From Caldisericia bacterium (GTDB lineage: Bacteria > Caldisericota > Caldisericia > JAAYUI01): DNA of 64,000 bases. Below are positions 11,346-21,078 of this stretch, one piece after another. The notes beneath the pieces were generated by a model, which was not told the DNA's origin, made no database searches, and was given only the letters and a program-made list of their open reading frames with translations. Both the position numbers and the translations under genes were made by a program. Location: positions 864,001 through 928,000 of the forward strand of contig OY771555.1 in NCBI GenBank assembly GCA_963674785.1. Direction: 5' to 3'. The stretch's first letter is position 1; every line of letters starts with the position of its first letter.

Positions 11346-11414
11346 TCGAACCCCCTTAGAGTATATTATGTGTATATGTATTTAAACGAACAAGGAGGAT
11401 GTTTGGTTCAAATA

Positions 11415-12785
11415 TTACTCGGGTTTAATCTCCCTAACTATTTGAATAATTTTTAAGCCTTTATTGAATGTGCAGTTTGTTTTGAAAATAAGTGGAATTG
11501 AAGTGTAGGATAAGTACATCTCTTCATTGATTATTCTCGGAAGAATGGGGATACGTATTAAGCTTTTATCGGTTTCTACGAATCGATTATCTTCGGTTAT
11601 TTTGAAATTCTTTCCCATGTATTCAAAGTTTATTGTTTTTCGATCTTCAGTGTAAACTACATCAAAATAAAATATTTCAGAAAGTGTAGATATTGGAATC
11701 ATTGGAATTTCATCTACAATCTTTACTGGTGTTTTAAGTTCAACTGTTTCTCCACCTACATCCATCTCTGGTTTTGAAACAAACAATCTGTAAACGATGA
11801 GTTCTATGTTTTCTATTTCAACTGTTTTTGTTTCAACCACATCTAAGTTTGAGTCATAGAGCCTAATCTCAATAACGGTAAATGATGGTGGCTCATTCAA
11901 AGTGCCTAGGCACGAAAATGATATTTTAAGCGGGACTGGTTTGCCATCAACATATACTTTGTGGTTGTTTGGAATATCTGCTGAGATTGGAACGTAGTAT
12001 TTCCCTTCGATCAAAGAGATTTCCCCTATCTGAAAATTCTTGTAAAATGGACCAAATACGTAAGGTTTTTTTCCGTAAAGAAATGGCTCAAATTCTTTTC
12101 GGATGTTTATCTCTTTATTATCTTCATTCCAGGTAACTTCAGCTCCAAAGCTTTCAGCGATGAATCTTAATGGGACAACTGTTGATCCGTTAATCACTGT
12201 TGGTGCAACATCAAGCTCAACTTTCTCTCCGTTTATCTTGCCATTCTTTTTGTCAATTTGGATTTCAATTCTGGTATCCTCAAAATCTATTCCCACAGTT
12301 TTTGTTGCAGGGATCCATTCTACATTTGCTCCAAAAGCCTCAGCTATAGCTCTAAAAGGAACCATTGTTCTGTTCTCGATTATTAGAGGTGGGATGGCTA
12401 AACGATCTTTCACAGAGTTAACCTCCCATTCCCCGTTATCAATCCAAAGCTTCATAACCAACTCTGAAAACAATATGAATGAATGAGATTCCATTATGTA
12501 TCCGGGTTTACTCTTGAGTATAAGTGTGGTTTTTTTGTTGCCATATCCATCTTCAAAAACCAGGTTTGTTTCAAACCTTGCGGAAGTCTTTGCTTTTTTT
12601 CCATTTACAATTATGCTCTCGGAGTCTTCGGGAATTATGCCTTTCAACTCGAATGTTGTTTTGTTTTTGTACGAAAGTGTCGATTCATCAATTACAATCA
12701 ATGATTCTTTGGCATTAACTCTAAAAGGAAATATTGGAGTAATCAAAATCACTGCCATCAGGACATGGATTAGCTTTTTTATCAT
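11415..12785 (-). CDS. Stalk-domain surface protein
   Basis: Signal peptide; NRTMVPFRAIAEAFGANVEW and GSTVVPLRFIAESFGAEVTW motifs. Confidence 0.85.
   Translation of the reverse strand: MIKKLIHVLMAVILITPIFPFRVNAKESLIVIDESTLSYKNKTTFELKGIIPEDSESIIVNGKKAKTSARFETNLVFEDGYGNKKTTLILKSKPGYIMESHSFILFSELVMKLWIDNGEWEVNSVKDRLAIPPLIIENRTMVPFRAIAEAFGANVEWIPATKTVGIDFEDTRIEIQIDKKNGKINGEKVELDVAPTVINGSTVVPLRFIAESFGAEVTWNEDNKEINIRKEFEPFLYGKKPYVFGPFYKNFQIGEISLIEGKYYVPISADIPNNHKVYVDGKPVPLKISFSCLGTLNEPPSFTVIEIRLYDSNLDVVETKTVEIENIELIVYRLFVSKPEMDVGGETVELKTPVKIVDEIPMIPISTLSEIFYFDVVYTEDRKTINFEYMGKNFKITEDNRFVETDKSLIRIPILPRIINEEMYLSYTSIPLIFKTNCTFNKGLKIIQIVREIKPE
11689..11818. repeat. 130-bp near-identical tract shared with 13113-13242
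   Basis: Manual alignment gives 4 mismatches in 130 bp. Confidence 0.9.
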
Positions 12786-12838
12786 AAACTCTCCTCCTCA
12801 AATCCTTACACGAAAATGAGTGGGAGATGGTTCATTTT

Positions 12839-14209
12839 TTATTGTGGGTGAATCTCTTTTATAATCTGTATGGTTTTTATTCCCCGAAGATATTTTGTTT
12901 CCACGCCAAACAGTGGCTCGACAGAGTCTGAACTGATCATTAATTCTTCATCAACAAATTGTGGTTTGTGCGGAAGAATAACGGTTTCTGAGTCTATCTT
13001 TGCTGTTACATCGTGGACAGATAACTCAATGGTTTGGTCTTCATGTTTGATGGTCAATGTTTCATTGTCATTTGACCAACTGCTTTCAAAACCAAATATC
13101 TCCTTGAGAGTGGATATTGGAATGATTGGAATTTCATCTACAATCTTTACTGGTGTTTTAAGTTCAACTGTTTCTCCATCTACATCCATCTCTGGTTTTG
13201 AAACAAACAATCTGTAAACGATGAGTTTTATGTTTTCGATTTTCAAGGGTTTTTCTTCAATGGTTTTGCCATCTTTATCAAATAGTTCCAGTTTTATGTC
13301 TGTGAACGATGGCGCTGGATTGAGCTTGCCCTTGAAATTAAAGGTTGAGTAGCCTGTGATTTTTTCACCATTTAGCTTTACATAAGAATCATCTGGGATT
13401 TCTGCATAAATATGACAGGATTCTTTGATGTCATGTGTTGGTTCGATTCTGATGTTTTTGAACTTTGAGTCATCAAACATAAGATCATCGCTATCAATGT
13501 ATTGTTCAGAATTCTTCTCAATGATGAATGTTTGTTCATTTGAGTCGAGTCCAATCTCAAAATCTAAAACATCCTGAAAAAATCTGATTGGCATCATGAC
13601 TCTTCCATCAATTATTATTGCTGGTGTCTCGAGTTTTATCTTTTCACCGTTAACTATGGCATAATTTCCACCAATAACTTGAAGTTCAACTTTAATGTTT
13701 TCTGATTCAACAATAACTGTTCTAGTTTCAGCAATCCAACATACATCCATTCCAAATACTTCTACCATATCCCTTATTGGAATCCTTATTTTGTTTTCAA
13801 TAAAAACAGGCGGAGTACTAATGCTGTAGAATTTTCCGTTTATCTCCATTTTTGTTTCATTCTCTTTGAGTTTTACCTGAATCTTTTTGTGAATCTTGAT
13901 CTCTCTTGATTCAATGAGATTTTCTGTGCTGTCGAAAAGTTCTAGTTTGATTAACTCCCAATAATTCCCGTCACCGTTCAGCTCAAAGTCCTCGTCAAAG
14001 ATGCTTGTTGTTTTTTGAGTTTCACCGTTTATTTTTAATAGAGTAAAGGCTGGAATTTGTCCCTGGAGAGTAAACTCGTTTTTTTGATTATATGAAAGAG
14101 GGTTTTTGTCTGTTGAAATCAACGATTCAGAGGCGTTCAATTTGATCAAAACGACACAGAAAATAAGAATAAATGTTAACAAACAGGTGACCAGCTTTTT
14201 CATTTGCAC
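12839..14209 (-). CDS. Stalk-domain surface protein
   Basis: Signal peptide; PAIIIDGRVMMPIRFF motif; paralog of 11415-12785. Confidence 0.8.
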   Translation of the reverse strand: MQMKKLVTCLLTFILIFCVVLIKLNASESLISTDKNPLSYNQKNEFTLQGQIPAFTLLKINGETQKTTSIFDEDFELNGDGNYWELIKLELFDSTENLIESREIKIHKKIQVKLKENETKMEINGKFYSISTPPVFIENKIRIPIRDMVEVFGMDVCWIAETRTVIVESENIKVELQVIGGNYAIVNGEKIKLETPAIIIDGRVMMPIRFFQDVLDFEIGLDSNEQTFIIEKNSEQYIDSDDLMFDDSKFKNIRIEPTHDIKESCHIYAEIPDDSYVKLNGEKITGYSTFNFKGKLNPAPSFTDIKLELFDKDGKTIEEKPLKIENIKLIVYRLFVSKPEMDVDGETVELKTPVKIVDEIPIIPISTLKEIFGFESSWSNDNETLTIKHEDQTIELSVHDVTAKIDSETVILPHKPQFVDEELMISSDSVEPLFGVETKYLRGIKTIQIIKEIHPQ

Positions 14210-14250
14210 CCTCCTTACAAATGTATTACGAATAAAAGTCTGCCTTGGTT

Positions 14251-14910
14251 CTAATCTTCTTCCTCAAAAATCCAGCGGTTTTTCTTCAAAACCTCTCGAA
14301 CTTCTTTATCCCCCACAGCATCAAACATTCTGTAATATGATGAAACCGCAAAAACCCTTGTTTCGGATTCAACAATCTGTGTTATGCCGTCAATGTCTTT
14401 TGAAAGAAATGTTGAGGCTGTTTTGTGAACTACAGGGGCTGCAACATAAATGTTTTCTGCACCAGATTTTTTCAGGTCTTTGACTGCCCCAAGTGCTGTA
14501 AAACCAGTTGCAAGACCATCGTCAATTATAAGAATATTTTTCCCGGTGACATCCTCTGCTTCAAGGTTTTTTTCAGACAAAATATTTCCCTGACGGCGTT
14601 TTAGAAATGACAATCTCTCTCTTGTGATTTTTTGTAAATCCATGAACGAGAGACCAATTTTTCTATATAACCCTTCGTTGGTGAGAACCTTACCCGAAAC
14701 TGCAACAACTCCGATCGCGGTTTCAGGATTCCAGGGAAGTGGAAGTTTTGAAACAAAAGCGACATCAAGCCTTTTTTTTAAGTATGTGGAAACCTCGGAT
14801 GCAACGATGACTCCACCGTTTGCGATTCCATAAATGGTGTCTATTTTCCAGTCCTCGGGGATGATTTTTGCAAGCTTTTTCCCAGCAGAGATTCTGTCGT
14901 TAAATTTCAT
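14251..14910 (-). CDS. Phosphoribosyltransferase family protein
   Basis: FNDRISAG..GIANGG..ILIIDDGLATGFT (PRPP-binding motif)..FAVSSYY. Confidence 0.85.
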   Translation of the reverse strand: MKFNDRISAGKKLAKIIPEDWKIDTIYGIANGGVIVASEVSTYLKKRLDVAFVSKLPLPWNPETAIGVVAVSGKVLTNEGLYRKIGLSFMDLQKITRERLSFLKRRQGNILSEKNLEAEDVTGKNILIIDDGLATGFTALGAVKDLKKSGAENIYVAAPVVHKTASTFLSKDIDGITQIVESETRVFAVSSYYRMFDAVGDKEVREVLKKNRWIFEEED

Positions 14911-14931
14911 GTCATCAATTCCTCTCTGCCA

Positions 14932-15660
14932 TCATGGGATGATATAAATCCTTTTTCTGATGACTTTTTGTCTTCCAAGAGAATCAGTTATCCTGCAGAC
15001 AATATTGTATTCACCTTTTTTGCTGAAGGTGTGAGAAAGCTCGATTTTCCCCTCAAAAAGAAGTCCACCGCTGTTTTGTTCTCCTGGTTCATCCCAGTAG
15101 ACGTTGTATTCATAAGGGGGATATCCACCCTCAATTATCAGGTCGTAATCAATTCTGGTTCGCTCTCTTGCAGTTTCTTTAAGTTGAGCTTCAATCAATG
15201 GATATTTTGATGGAGTCCAAAGTAGGACTGCTGCTTGTTTCTTTGCTGTGGCTTTGTTCCCGTTCCCGTGTGAGATTGTGCATTCTGTGAGCATTGCAAA
15301 ACCAAGTTTTGTTTCAGTTGTATTCACTTTGAGCTTTATCTTTACGCTATAACTCGTTCCGGGGGATAGCTCCGGTGTTGTGAAGCTCACAACGTCTCCG
15401 AGAATGGTCAATGATGGCTCAGTAGATATGATCTCCAAGTCCTTGCAAACTTTGAATGTGACATATCCTTTTTCAAGATCAGTGTTAGTATTGTTTTTGT
15501 AAAGAATTGTAAAAGTTACCTTAGATTTGTTTGGGCAAAAAAATCTGTTCGGAGTGACGAACAATTTCCCTGTCTGGTTTTCTGTGCATTCCGCAGTCTT
15601 TGCACCAATCTGTGCAAAAACGATTGTAATTGCTAGAATCACCAGAAGGAATTTTTTCAT
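14932..15660 (-). CDS. Secreted Ig-like (DUF11/PKD-like) protein
   Basis: Signal peptide; VTFTILYKN and GGYPPYEYNVYWD..SHTFSKKGEY (PKD-like). Confidence 0.55.
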   Translation of the reverse strand: MKKFLLVILAITIVFAQIGAKTAECTENQTGKLFVTPNRFFCPNKSKVTFTILYKNNTNTDLEKGYVTFKVCKDLEIISTEPSLTILGDVVSFTTPELSPGTSYSVKIKLKVNTTETKLGFAMLTECTISHGNGNKATAKKQAAVLLWTPSKYPLIEAQLKETARERTRIDYDLIIEGGYPPYEYNVYWDEPGEQNSGGLLFEGKIELSHTFSKKGEYNIVCRITDSLGRQKVIRKRIYIIP

Positions 15661-15666
15661 CGATTA

Positions 15667-16776
15667 TTAGTCTCTGTTCCTTGCATATTTTTCCCAGATT
15701 TTTTCAGTACTTCTGACCATGTGTTCTGTTGTGAATTCTTCCTCAACTCGTGCTCTGCCATTTATTGAAAGAGACTTTGCAAGCTCTTTATTTTTCATGA
15801 TTTTGATGATTCCGTCAGCAAGTGTTTTTGGGTCTTTTGGTGGAGTTAAGATTCCAAATTTTTCAGATGTAATGACCTCAGGAATCCCGCAGACGTTTGT
15901 TGCAACAACCGGAACATCAAGTGCCATAAACTCAAGGAGTGCAAGCCCGATTGCCTCTGCAAGTGATGGGAATACTCCCACTTCACAAGCAGCCATTATA
16001 TCAAACGGAGGAGTGATTCGTCCGGGGAGGAAGACCCTGTCAGTGAGCCTCATCTCTTCAGCCTGTTTTCTTAGTGGCTCAAGGCATCTGCCGTCACCAA
16101 CGATTATCACACCCGCATCAGGGATTTTTTGTAAAATCATGGGGAGGGCAGAAACAAGGTCATCATGACCTTTAACTTCAACAAGTCTTCCAACTGTTCC
16201 AATGAGTCTGATGTGTTCAGGAACGCCAAGGTTTTTCTTGGCCTCAGCCGCTAATATATTTGATTTTACCGCATCGAGGTTGATGCCGTTTCTGACAGTA
16301 TGAATTTTATCTCTTGGAATGCCACGACTTGCGAGTTTATCTGACATGTCGTCTGAAACTCCGATGAACCCATCTGCCCAGCTGTTTAACATGTTATCGA
16401 TAAACCAAACCGCACGTTCTTTGAGCCTTGTTTTGTAGTCAAGTCTTGAGTCGCTGTGCATAGTGCAGATTGATGGGATGCCTGTGAGTTTTGATGCGAT
16501 TCGACCTGTGAAATTCGCCCTTACGCCGTGAGTGTGTATAAGGTCAAGGTCGAGTTTCCTTATGAGTTTTGCAATTTCAAATGGATTTTGTCTTGTAACA
16601 TATGGCTCAATGCCAGCTTCTCTTGCCTCTTTTGTTGTCATTCCCTCAAGAGGGTGAATGTGGTAAACTTTGAATTTTTCAGGGTTTGCAAGTTTTGCAA
16701 GGTCTATTGTGTAGCCTTTTGCTCCTGCTACATCAGTTCCTGTGATTACCTGTGCTAGTTTGATTATTTTTCCCAT
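15667..16776 (-). CDS. GT4 family glycosyltransferase
   Basis: GTVGRLVEVKGH and PSLAEAIGLALLEFMA (EX7E) motifs; likely ATG at 16776. Confidence 0.9.
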   Translation of the reverse strand: MGKIIKLAQVITGTDVAGAKGYTIDLAKLANPEKFKVYHIHPLEGMTTKEAREAGIEPYVTRQNPFEIAKLIRKLDLDLIHTHGVRANFTGRIASKLTGIPSICTMHSDSRLDYKTRLKERAVWFIDNMLNSWADGFIGVSDDMSDKLASRGIPRDKIHTVRNGINLDAVKSNILAAEAKKNLGVPEHIRLIGTVGRLVEVKGHDDLVSALPMILQKIPDAGVIIVGDGRCLEPLRKQAEEMRLTDRVFLPGRITPPFDIMAACEVGVFPSLAEAIGLALLEFMALDVPVVATNVCGIPEVITSEKFGILTPPKDPKTLADGIIKIMKNKELAKSLSINGRARVEEEFTTEHMVRSTEKIWEKYARNRD

Positions 16777-17912
16777 AGTGATAATAGCTCCTGAGAAAAT
16801 CTTTGAGTTCGGTTGCTCCAAGTATTCTCAGATACAAATTCAGAAATTGCTTTCTGGTCTGGCTCTGAGCTTGTAATTTTTTTTATGGCTTTTATGAACT
16901 CATCTGTGGTGTTTGCTTTAATGACAACAGAATCATGGAATGATTCAAGTTCACTCATTGGAACTGAAACTGTTGGTAAACCCATTGAAGCGTATTCATA
17001 TAGTTTGAGTGGGGAGACAGATTTTGTAAGTTCAACTTGCTTAAATGGTATTATTCCACATGAAGACCCACTCATCAGTGACGGTAACTCTTCTTGAGGT
17101 TTTCTTCCGAGGAAGTGGACATTCGGCAGACTTCTGAGGTTCGTCCCATTCTTTCCGAGTTCGCTTCCTCTTTCTCCACCGATGATTATGAAAGAAATAT
17201 CAGACAAAGCCTTCGAGATGCTGTAGAGCAATTCAGAATCAAACCACCATCTGAGTGCTCCAGCATAAACAACCCTTGGTTTTTTTATATCCCTTACAGC
17301 ATCCGATTCGTCAGTTTTTTTAAACAGGTTCTCATCAACTGCATTTGGCAGATATATTGCGTTATCATTATGTTTCTTCAGGTTGTCAGTGAGGAATTTT
17401 GCGGTTGCAAACACTGCATCACATGATTTTGCAAGTTCGCCTTCAACTCTGTCCAGGAATTTAACACATTGGGTACCGCCATATCCTGTGTGGTCGTCAA
17501 CACAATCATAAACCGCAACCTTTGGGTTGATGGATTTCAGAATTGGATTCATCCAGGGCAGGTAAAACAAGGCTATGAATTCATCTGGAAAATCTGTCTT
17601 TTCCATCACATGATTCACGAACTTTGTGAGTTTGTCGCATGCAGCTTTCTGCATGGTTTTATATCTTCCGTAGAATGGCATAATAGGTGGTGGAGATGCA
17701 ACCCAGAGGTTATCTCTCACCTTCTCTATTTGTCCGGATTTTTTTACCTTCAGGTTATAGGACTTGTCTGCGTATCTGGAAAGATATGTGAATGGTGCCT
17801 CAACAAAAAGAACCGGATTCCCATTTTCAGCAAATGCTTTGGCGAATCTGTGTTTCCTTGTCGGGAGATCGTCCCAGTCCTGAGATGAAAAAATCAGAAG
17901 AGGTGTTTTCAT
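16764..17912 (-). CDS. Glycosyltransferase (GT-B, TuaH-like)
   Basis: DWDDLPTRKH, YDCVDDH and SPLKLYEYASMGLPTVS motifs. Confidence 0.85.
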   Translation of the reverse strand: MKTPLLIFSSQDWDDLPTRKHRFAKAFAENGNPVLFVEAPFTYLSRYADKSYNLKVKKSGQIEKVRDNLWVASPPPIMPFYGRYKTMQKAACDKLTKFVNHVMEKTDFPDEFIALFYLPWMNPILKSINPKVAVYDCVDDHTGYGGTQCVKFLDRVEGELAKSCDAVFATAKFLTDNLKKHNDNAIYLPNAVDENLFKKTDESDAVRDIKKPRVVYAGALRWWFDSELLYSISKALSDISFIIIGGERGSELGKNGTNLRSLPNVHFLGRKPQEELPSLMSGSSCGIIPFKQVELTKSVSPLKLYEYASMGLPTVSVPMSELESFHDSVVIKANTTDEFIKAIKKITSSEPDQKAISEFVSENTWSNRTQRFSQELLSLWEK

Positions 17913-19225
17913 GGATTATATGTTGGCTCCAGTTCTGCAATCAGTTCTCTTATCTCTTTACGGTCAACTCGTTCTGCAGCATCGATTAATCTCTTCAGAT
18001 TCATATCAAAATCATCTGGATGGTCATCGATTGCTGGAATGATAAAAATTCCATTGAGTTTCTTCTGTCTTGCCATCTCAGCTTTTGTAACCAACTCTTC
18101 AGACATTTTTTCACCTGGTCTTGGTTTCGTGTACACTATTTCAAAATCTTTCCCCTCAGCGTATCCCATGACCTTTCCAATTGTTGAAGCAAGTGTTGAA
18201 ATATTGATTGGGGGGCCGGCATCTGGTACAAAAACCTCACCATTTTCTGCGAGGTTTGATGCTCTGATAATGAAAAGTGATGCGTGGTCTCGGGTGATGA
18301 AGTATCTATCCATCTTTGGTGAGGTGACTGTCAACTTGCTGCCACGTCTGAGCTGTCTGAGGAATGTGTATACAACATTTCCCCTAGAATCAAGAACGTT
18401 TTCGAACCTGACAATACATCGTTTCATTAAAGGTCTGTTATATCTTTGAATGATACGTTCTGCGATCCTTTTTGTGGCACCCATTATGTTTGCTGGGTCT
18501 GCAGCCTTGTCGGTAGAAATGAATGTGAATCTTTCTGCACCAACTCGATCTGCCTCTTCAAGTACAATCATTGTTCCGTTTATATTTGTTGTTACTGCCT
18601 CTTCAGGGTACATCTCCATCAATGGAACGTGTTTTCTCGCAGCGATATGGAAAACGATATCTGGTTTTACATATTCCATTATCGAGCGAACTCGAGATCT
18701 GTTTCTGATATCAGAAACTATTGGAGTTTTATCAGCGAAACCATCAATTGACATCTCAAGGTCTATTTCGTAAACACCATTTTCGGTGTTATCAACAAGT
18801 GCAATGTGTGATGGATTAAACCTTAAAAGCTTTCTTGCAAGGTCAGATCCAATTGAACCACCAGCTCCTGTAATCAGTACCCTTTTCCCGTTGATAAATG
18901 CCCCTTCCCCATCTGTACATTTTGTTTGTTCGCGGATAAGCCCTGTTGCAATGAGTCTTTCTATGAGTTTGTCATCATTGATATAATGGGTGGTGGAACT
19001 TCCGTTTGGGATGATCTGCACTGGGATTCCTTCATCGATAAATGATAGCATCAATTCTTTGTATCCATCAAAACTCGAATCGATAAATACAATATCTGTA
19101 CTTTCTTTATTTATGTCCGTTTTTTTGTCGCCAAAACAGCTTACTACCAGAGTTCCGCTAGAGTTGATGTCTGACTTTAAGGTTTCACACCATTTCTTGT
19201 TGCCTATAAGTCCAACTCTCTTCAT
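17909..19225 (-). CDS. Nucleotide-sugar 4,6-dehydratase (CapD/PglF-like, soluble)
   Basis: ITGAGGSIGS, HIAARKHVPLME, ISTDKA and MGATKR motifs. Confidence 0.9.
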   Translation of the reverse strand: MKRVGLIGNKKWCETLKSDINSSGTLVVSCFGDKKTDINKESTDIVFIDSSFDGYKELMLSFIDEGIPVQIIPNGSSTTHYINDDKLIERLIATGLIREQTKCTDGEGAFINGKRVLITGAGGSIGSDLARKLLRFNPSHIALVDNTENGVYEIDLEMSIDGFADKTPIVSDIRNRSRVRSIMEYVKPDIVFHIAARKHVPLMEMYPEEAVTTNINGTMIVLEEADRVGAERFTFISTDKAADPANIMGATKRIAERIIQRYNRPLMKRCIVRFENVLDSRGNVVYTFLRQLRRGSKLTVTSPKMDRYFITRDHASLFIIRASNLAENGEVFVPDAGPPINISTLASTIGKVMGYAEGKDFEIVYTKPRPGEKMSEELVTKAEMARQKKLNGIFIIPAIDDHPDDFDMNLKRLIDAAERVDRKEIRELIAELEPTYNP

Positions 19226-20427
19226 TAAAGAATCTCCTTGAGCTTTTCTGCGTTCTCATGTGCAGCAATAATTGTGGATGAGACTGCCTTTATCTGAGCA
19301 TCTGACATCGAACCAAAAAGTGGAGGACAGATCATTTCGTGTGAGAGTCTTGTGGCGTTTGGACAACTATCTTCTTCGGTATCGGACTTAAAGTATTCGT
19401 GGCTATGAACTGGTGGATAGAAGTATGTTTTACATTCAATGTTTTCTGCATCCATTACTTTGATAAGTTGATCGCGAGTTAGTCCAAACTTTTCAGCGTC
19501 GATTCTGATACCAAAATCTTTGTATGAGCATCTATCATCATCAGCGATGCATTGGTAAGAAAGACCACCTACACCAGAGAGTTTGTCTTTGTATTTCTTT
19601 ACGAAATGGTTTCTCGCTTCAGCTTCTTTTTCAACTTGAGTGAGTCCCCATCTGCCAATGATTGCGTGGATTTCAGACATTCTTCCATTAAGACCGGGGA
19701 AGACAGTGTCATGTGCTCCTGGCTTCGTGCCGTACTCTCTTAAGATTCTTATGTTGAGTGCCATCTGCTCATCATTTGTTGTTATGAATCCACCTTCACC
19801 AGAGGTTAGAAGTTTTGTAGGTGTCATTGAGAACGATGAACCGAGACCCTGGCTACCGACGGGTTTTCCACTGTGAAGGATACCAAATCCATGTGCTGAA
19901 TCGAAAACAACGGGGATGTCACGTTTTTTCGCTGCGCTTAAAACCTGATCAATTCCTGATGGCGAACCAAAGACATGAGTAAATATTATTGCTGAAATGT
20001 CATTGTTTTCGTCAAGTTTTTTTTCTAGGTCTGAAACGATGACATTATATGTTCTTAGGTCTGAGTCTACGAAAATTGGGTCATAACCAGCCCACATAGA
20101 GGCGGTTGCGGTTGCCAGAAATGTAAAACTTGGAACGAGGATTTTCTCACGCTTTTCGAGTCTTACACCTCTTGCCATCTTGTGGGCGGCGAGAATCAAC
20201 GCTAAACCAACTGTGCAACTTGAAACGCCAAAAGCAAACTCAACACCCATTGTGTCTGCAACCTCTGCTTCAAATGCTGCGAGTTCTGTGCCTTTTGTTA
20301 AGATTCCGCTGCTGAGAGTTGCAGTTAACCTTTCGGTGATGTTTGAAAGTTCGGGAAGCGGTGGTTTGCAAAGCTGAATTCTTCCAGGGTAAAATCCCGG
20401 TCCACCAAGTATCCTAAGTCGTGACAT
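19225..20427 (-). CDS. DegT/DnrJ/EryC1/StrS sugar aminotransferase
   Basis: VSSCTVGL, PSFTFLAT, DSAHGFG and SFSMTPTKLLTSGEGG (PLP lysine). Confidence 0.92.
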   Translation of the reverse strand: MSRLRILGGPGFYPGRIQLCKPPLPELSNITERLTATLSSGILTKGTELAAFEAEVADTMGVEFAFGVSSCTVGLALILAAHKMARGVRLEKREKILVPSFTFLATATASMWAGYDPIFVDSDLRTYNVIVSDLEKKLDENNDISAIIFTHVFGSPSGIDQVLSAAKKRDIPVVFDSAHGFGILHSGKPVGSQGLGSSFSMTPTKLLTSGEGGFITTNDEQMALNIRILREYGTKPGAHDTVFPGLNGRMSEIHAIIGRWGLTQVEKEAEARNHFVKKYKDKLSGVGGLSYQCIADDDRCSYKDFGIRIDAEKFGLTRDQLIKVMDAENIECKTYFYPPVHSHEYFKSDTEEDSCPNATRLSHEMICPPLFGSMSDAQIKAVSSTIIAAHENAEKLKEIL

Positions 20428-21076
20428 TGTTGTCCTCCATATCTGGATTTGTTACACCATCGAGTCTGCTTATTGGGTCGTCGGGTTCAACATCTGCATA
20501 AACATTAGGTTTAAGCAGTATTCGAGGTGTATCAAAGATTATCTTCATATCGAGTTTAAAGGAAAAATTCTCCGTATACCAAACATCAAGGTCTATCTTT
20601 TCAGGCCAGGAGAGCTCATTTCTACCATTGATCTGTGCCCATCCAGTGATGCCTGGTTTTACAAGAAGCCTCTTTTTTTGATGTTCGTCGTACCTTTTGC
20701 ATTGGTAGATAAGTGATGGTCGTGGTCCAACGATACTCATGCTTCCCGTTATGACATTGAAAATCTGTGGAAGTTCGTCGATGAATGACCTGAGTTTTTT
20801 ACCAACTCTTGTGATTCGGGGATCGTTTTCACTTGTCCAGATTCCTGTGCCGATATTGGAAGCATTCTTAACCATTGTCCTGAATTTCACACAGTTAAAA
20901 ACTTTGCTGTCTCTTCCAACTCTTTTTTGGATGAAGAAAACTGGAAATCCGTCATCAATAACAATAAGAATAGAAATAATAAAAAGAACAGGTGATAGAA
21001 TCACCAGAGCCAAAAGACCAAAAACGAGGTCAAATGCTCTTTTCCAGAAAGGATTATAAACCTTTTTTGCTTTCAA
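20414..21076 (-). CDS. Polyprenol-phosphate phosphoglycosyltransferase (PglC-like sugar transferase)
   Basis: KRAFD, KFRTM, DELPQ..N, SIVGPRP and KPGITGWAQ motifs. Confidence 0.92.
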   Translation of the reverse strand: MKAKKVYNPFWKRAFDLVFGLLALVILSPVLFIISILIVIDDGFPVFFIQKRVGRDSKVFNCVKFRTMVKNASNIGTGIWTSENDPRITRVGKKLRSFIDELPQIFNVITGSMSIVGPRPSLIYQCKRYDEHQKKRLLVKPGITGWAQINGRNELSWPEKIDLDVWYTENFSFKLDMKIIFDTPRILLKPNVYADVEPDDPISRLDGVTNPDMEDNNVTT

Positions 21077-21078
21077 AG

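Noticed and set aside
11689-13242. Diversity-generating retroelement TR/VR pair
   Set aside because: Mismatches are not confined to adenines of one copy, both copies are internal to coding genes, and there is no reverse transcriptase in the window.
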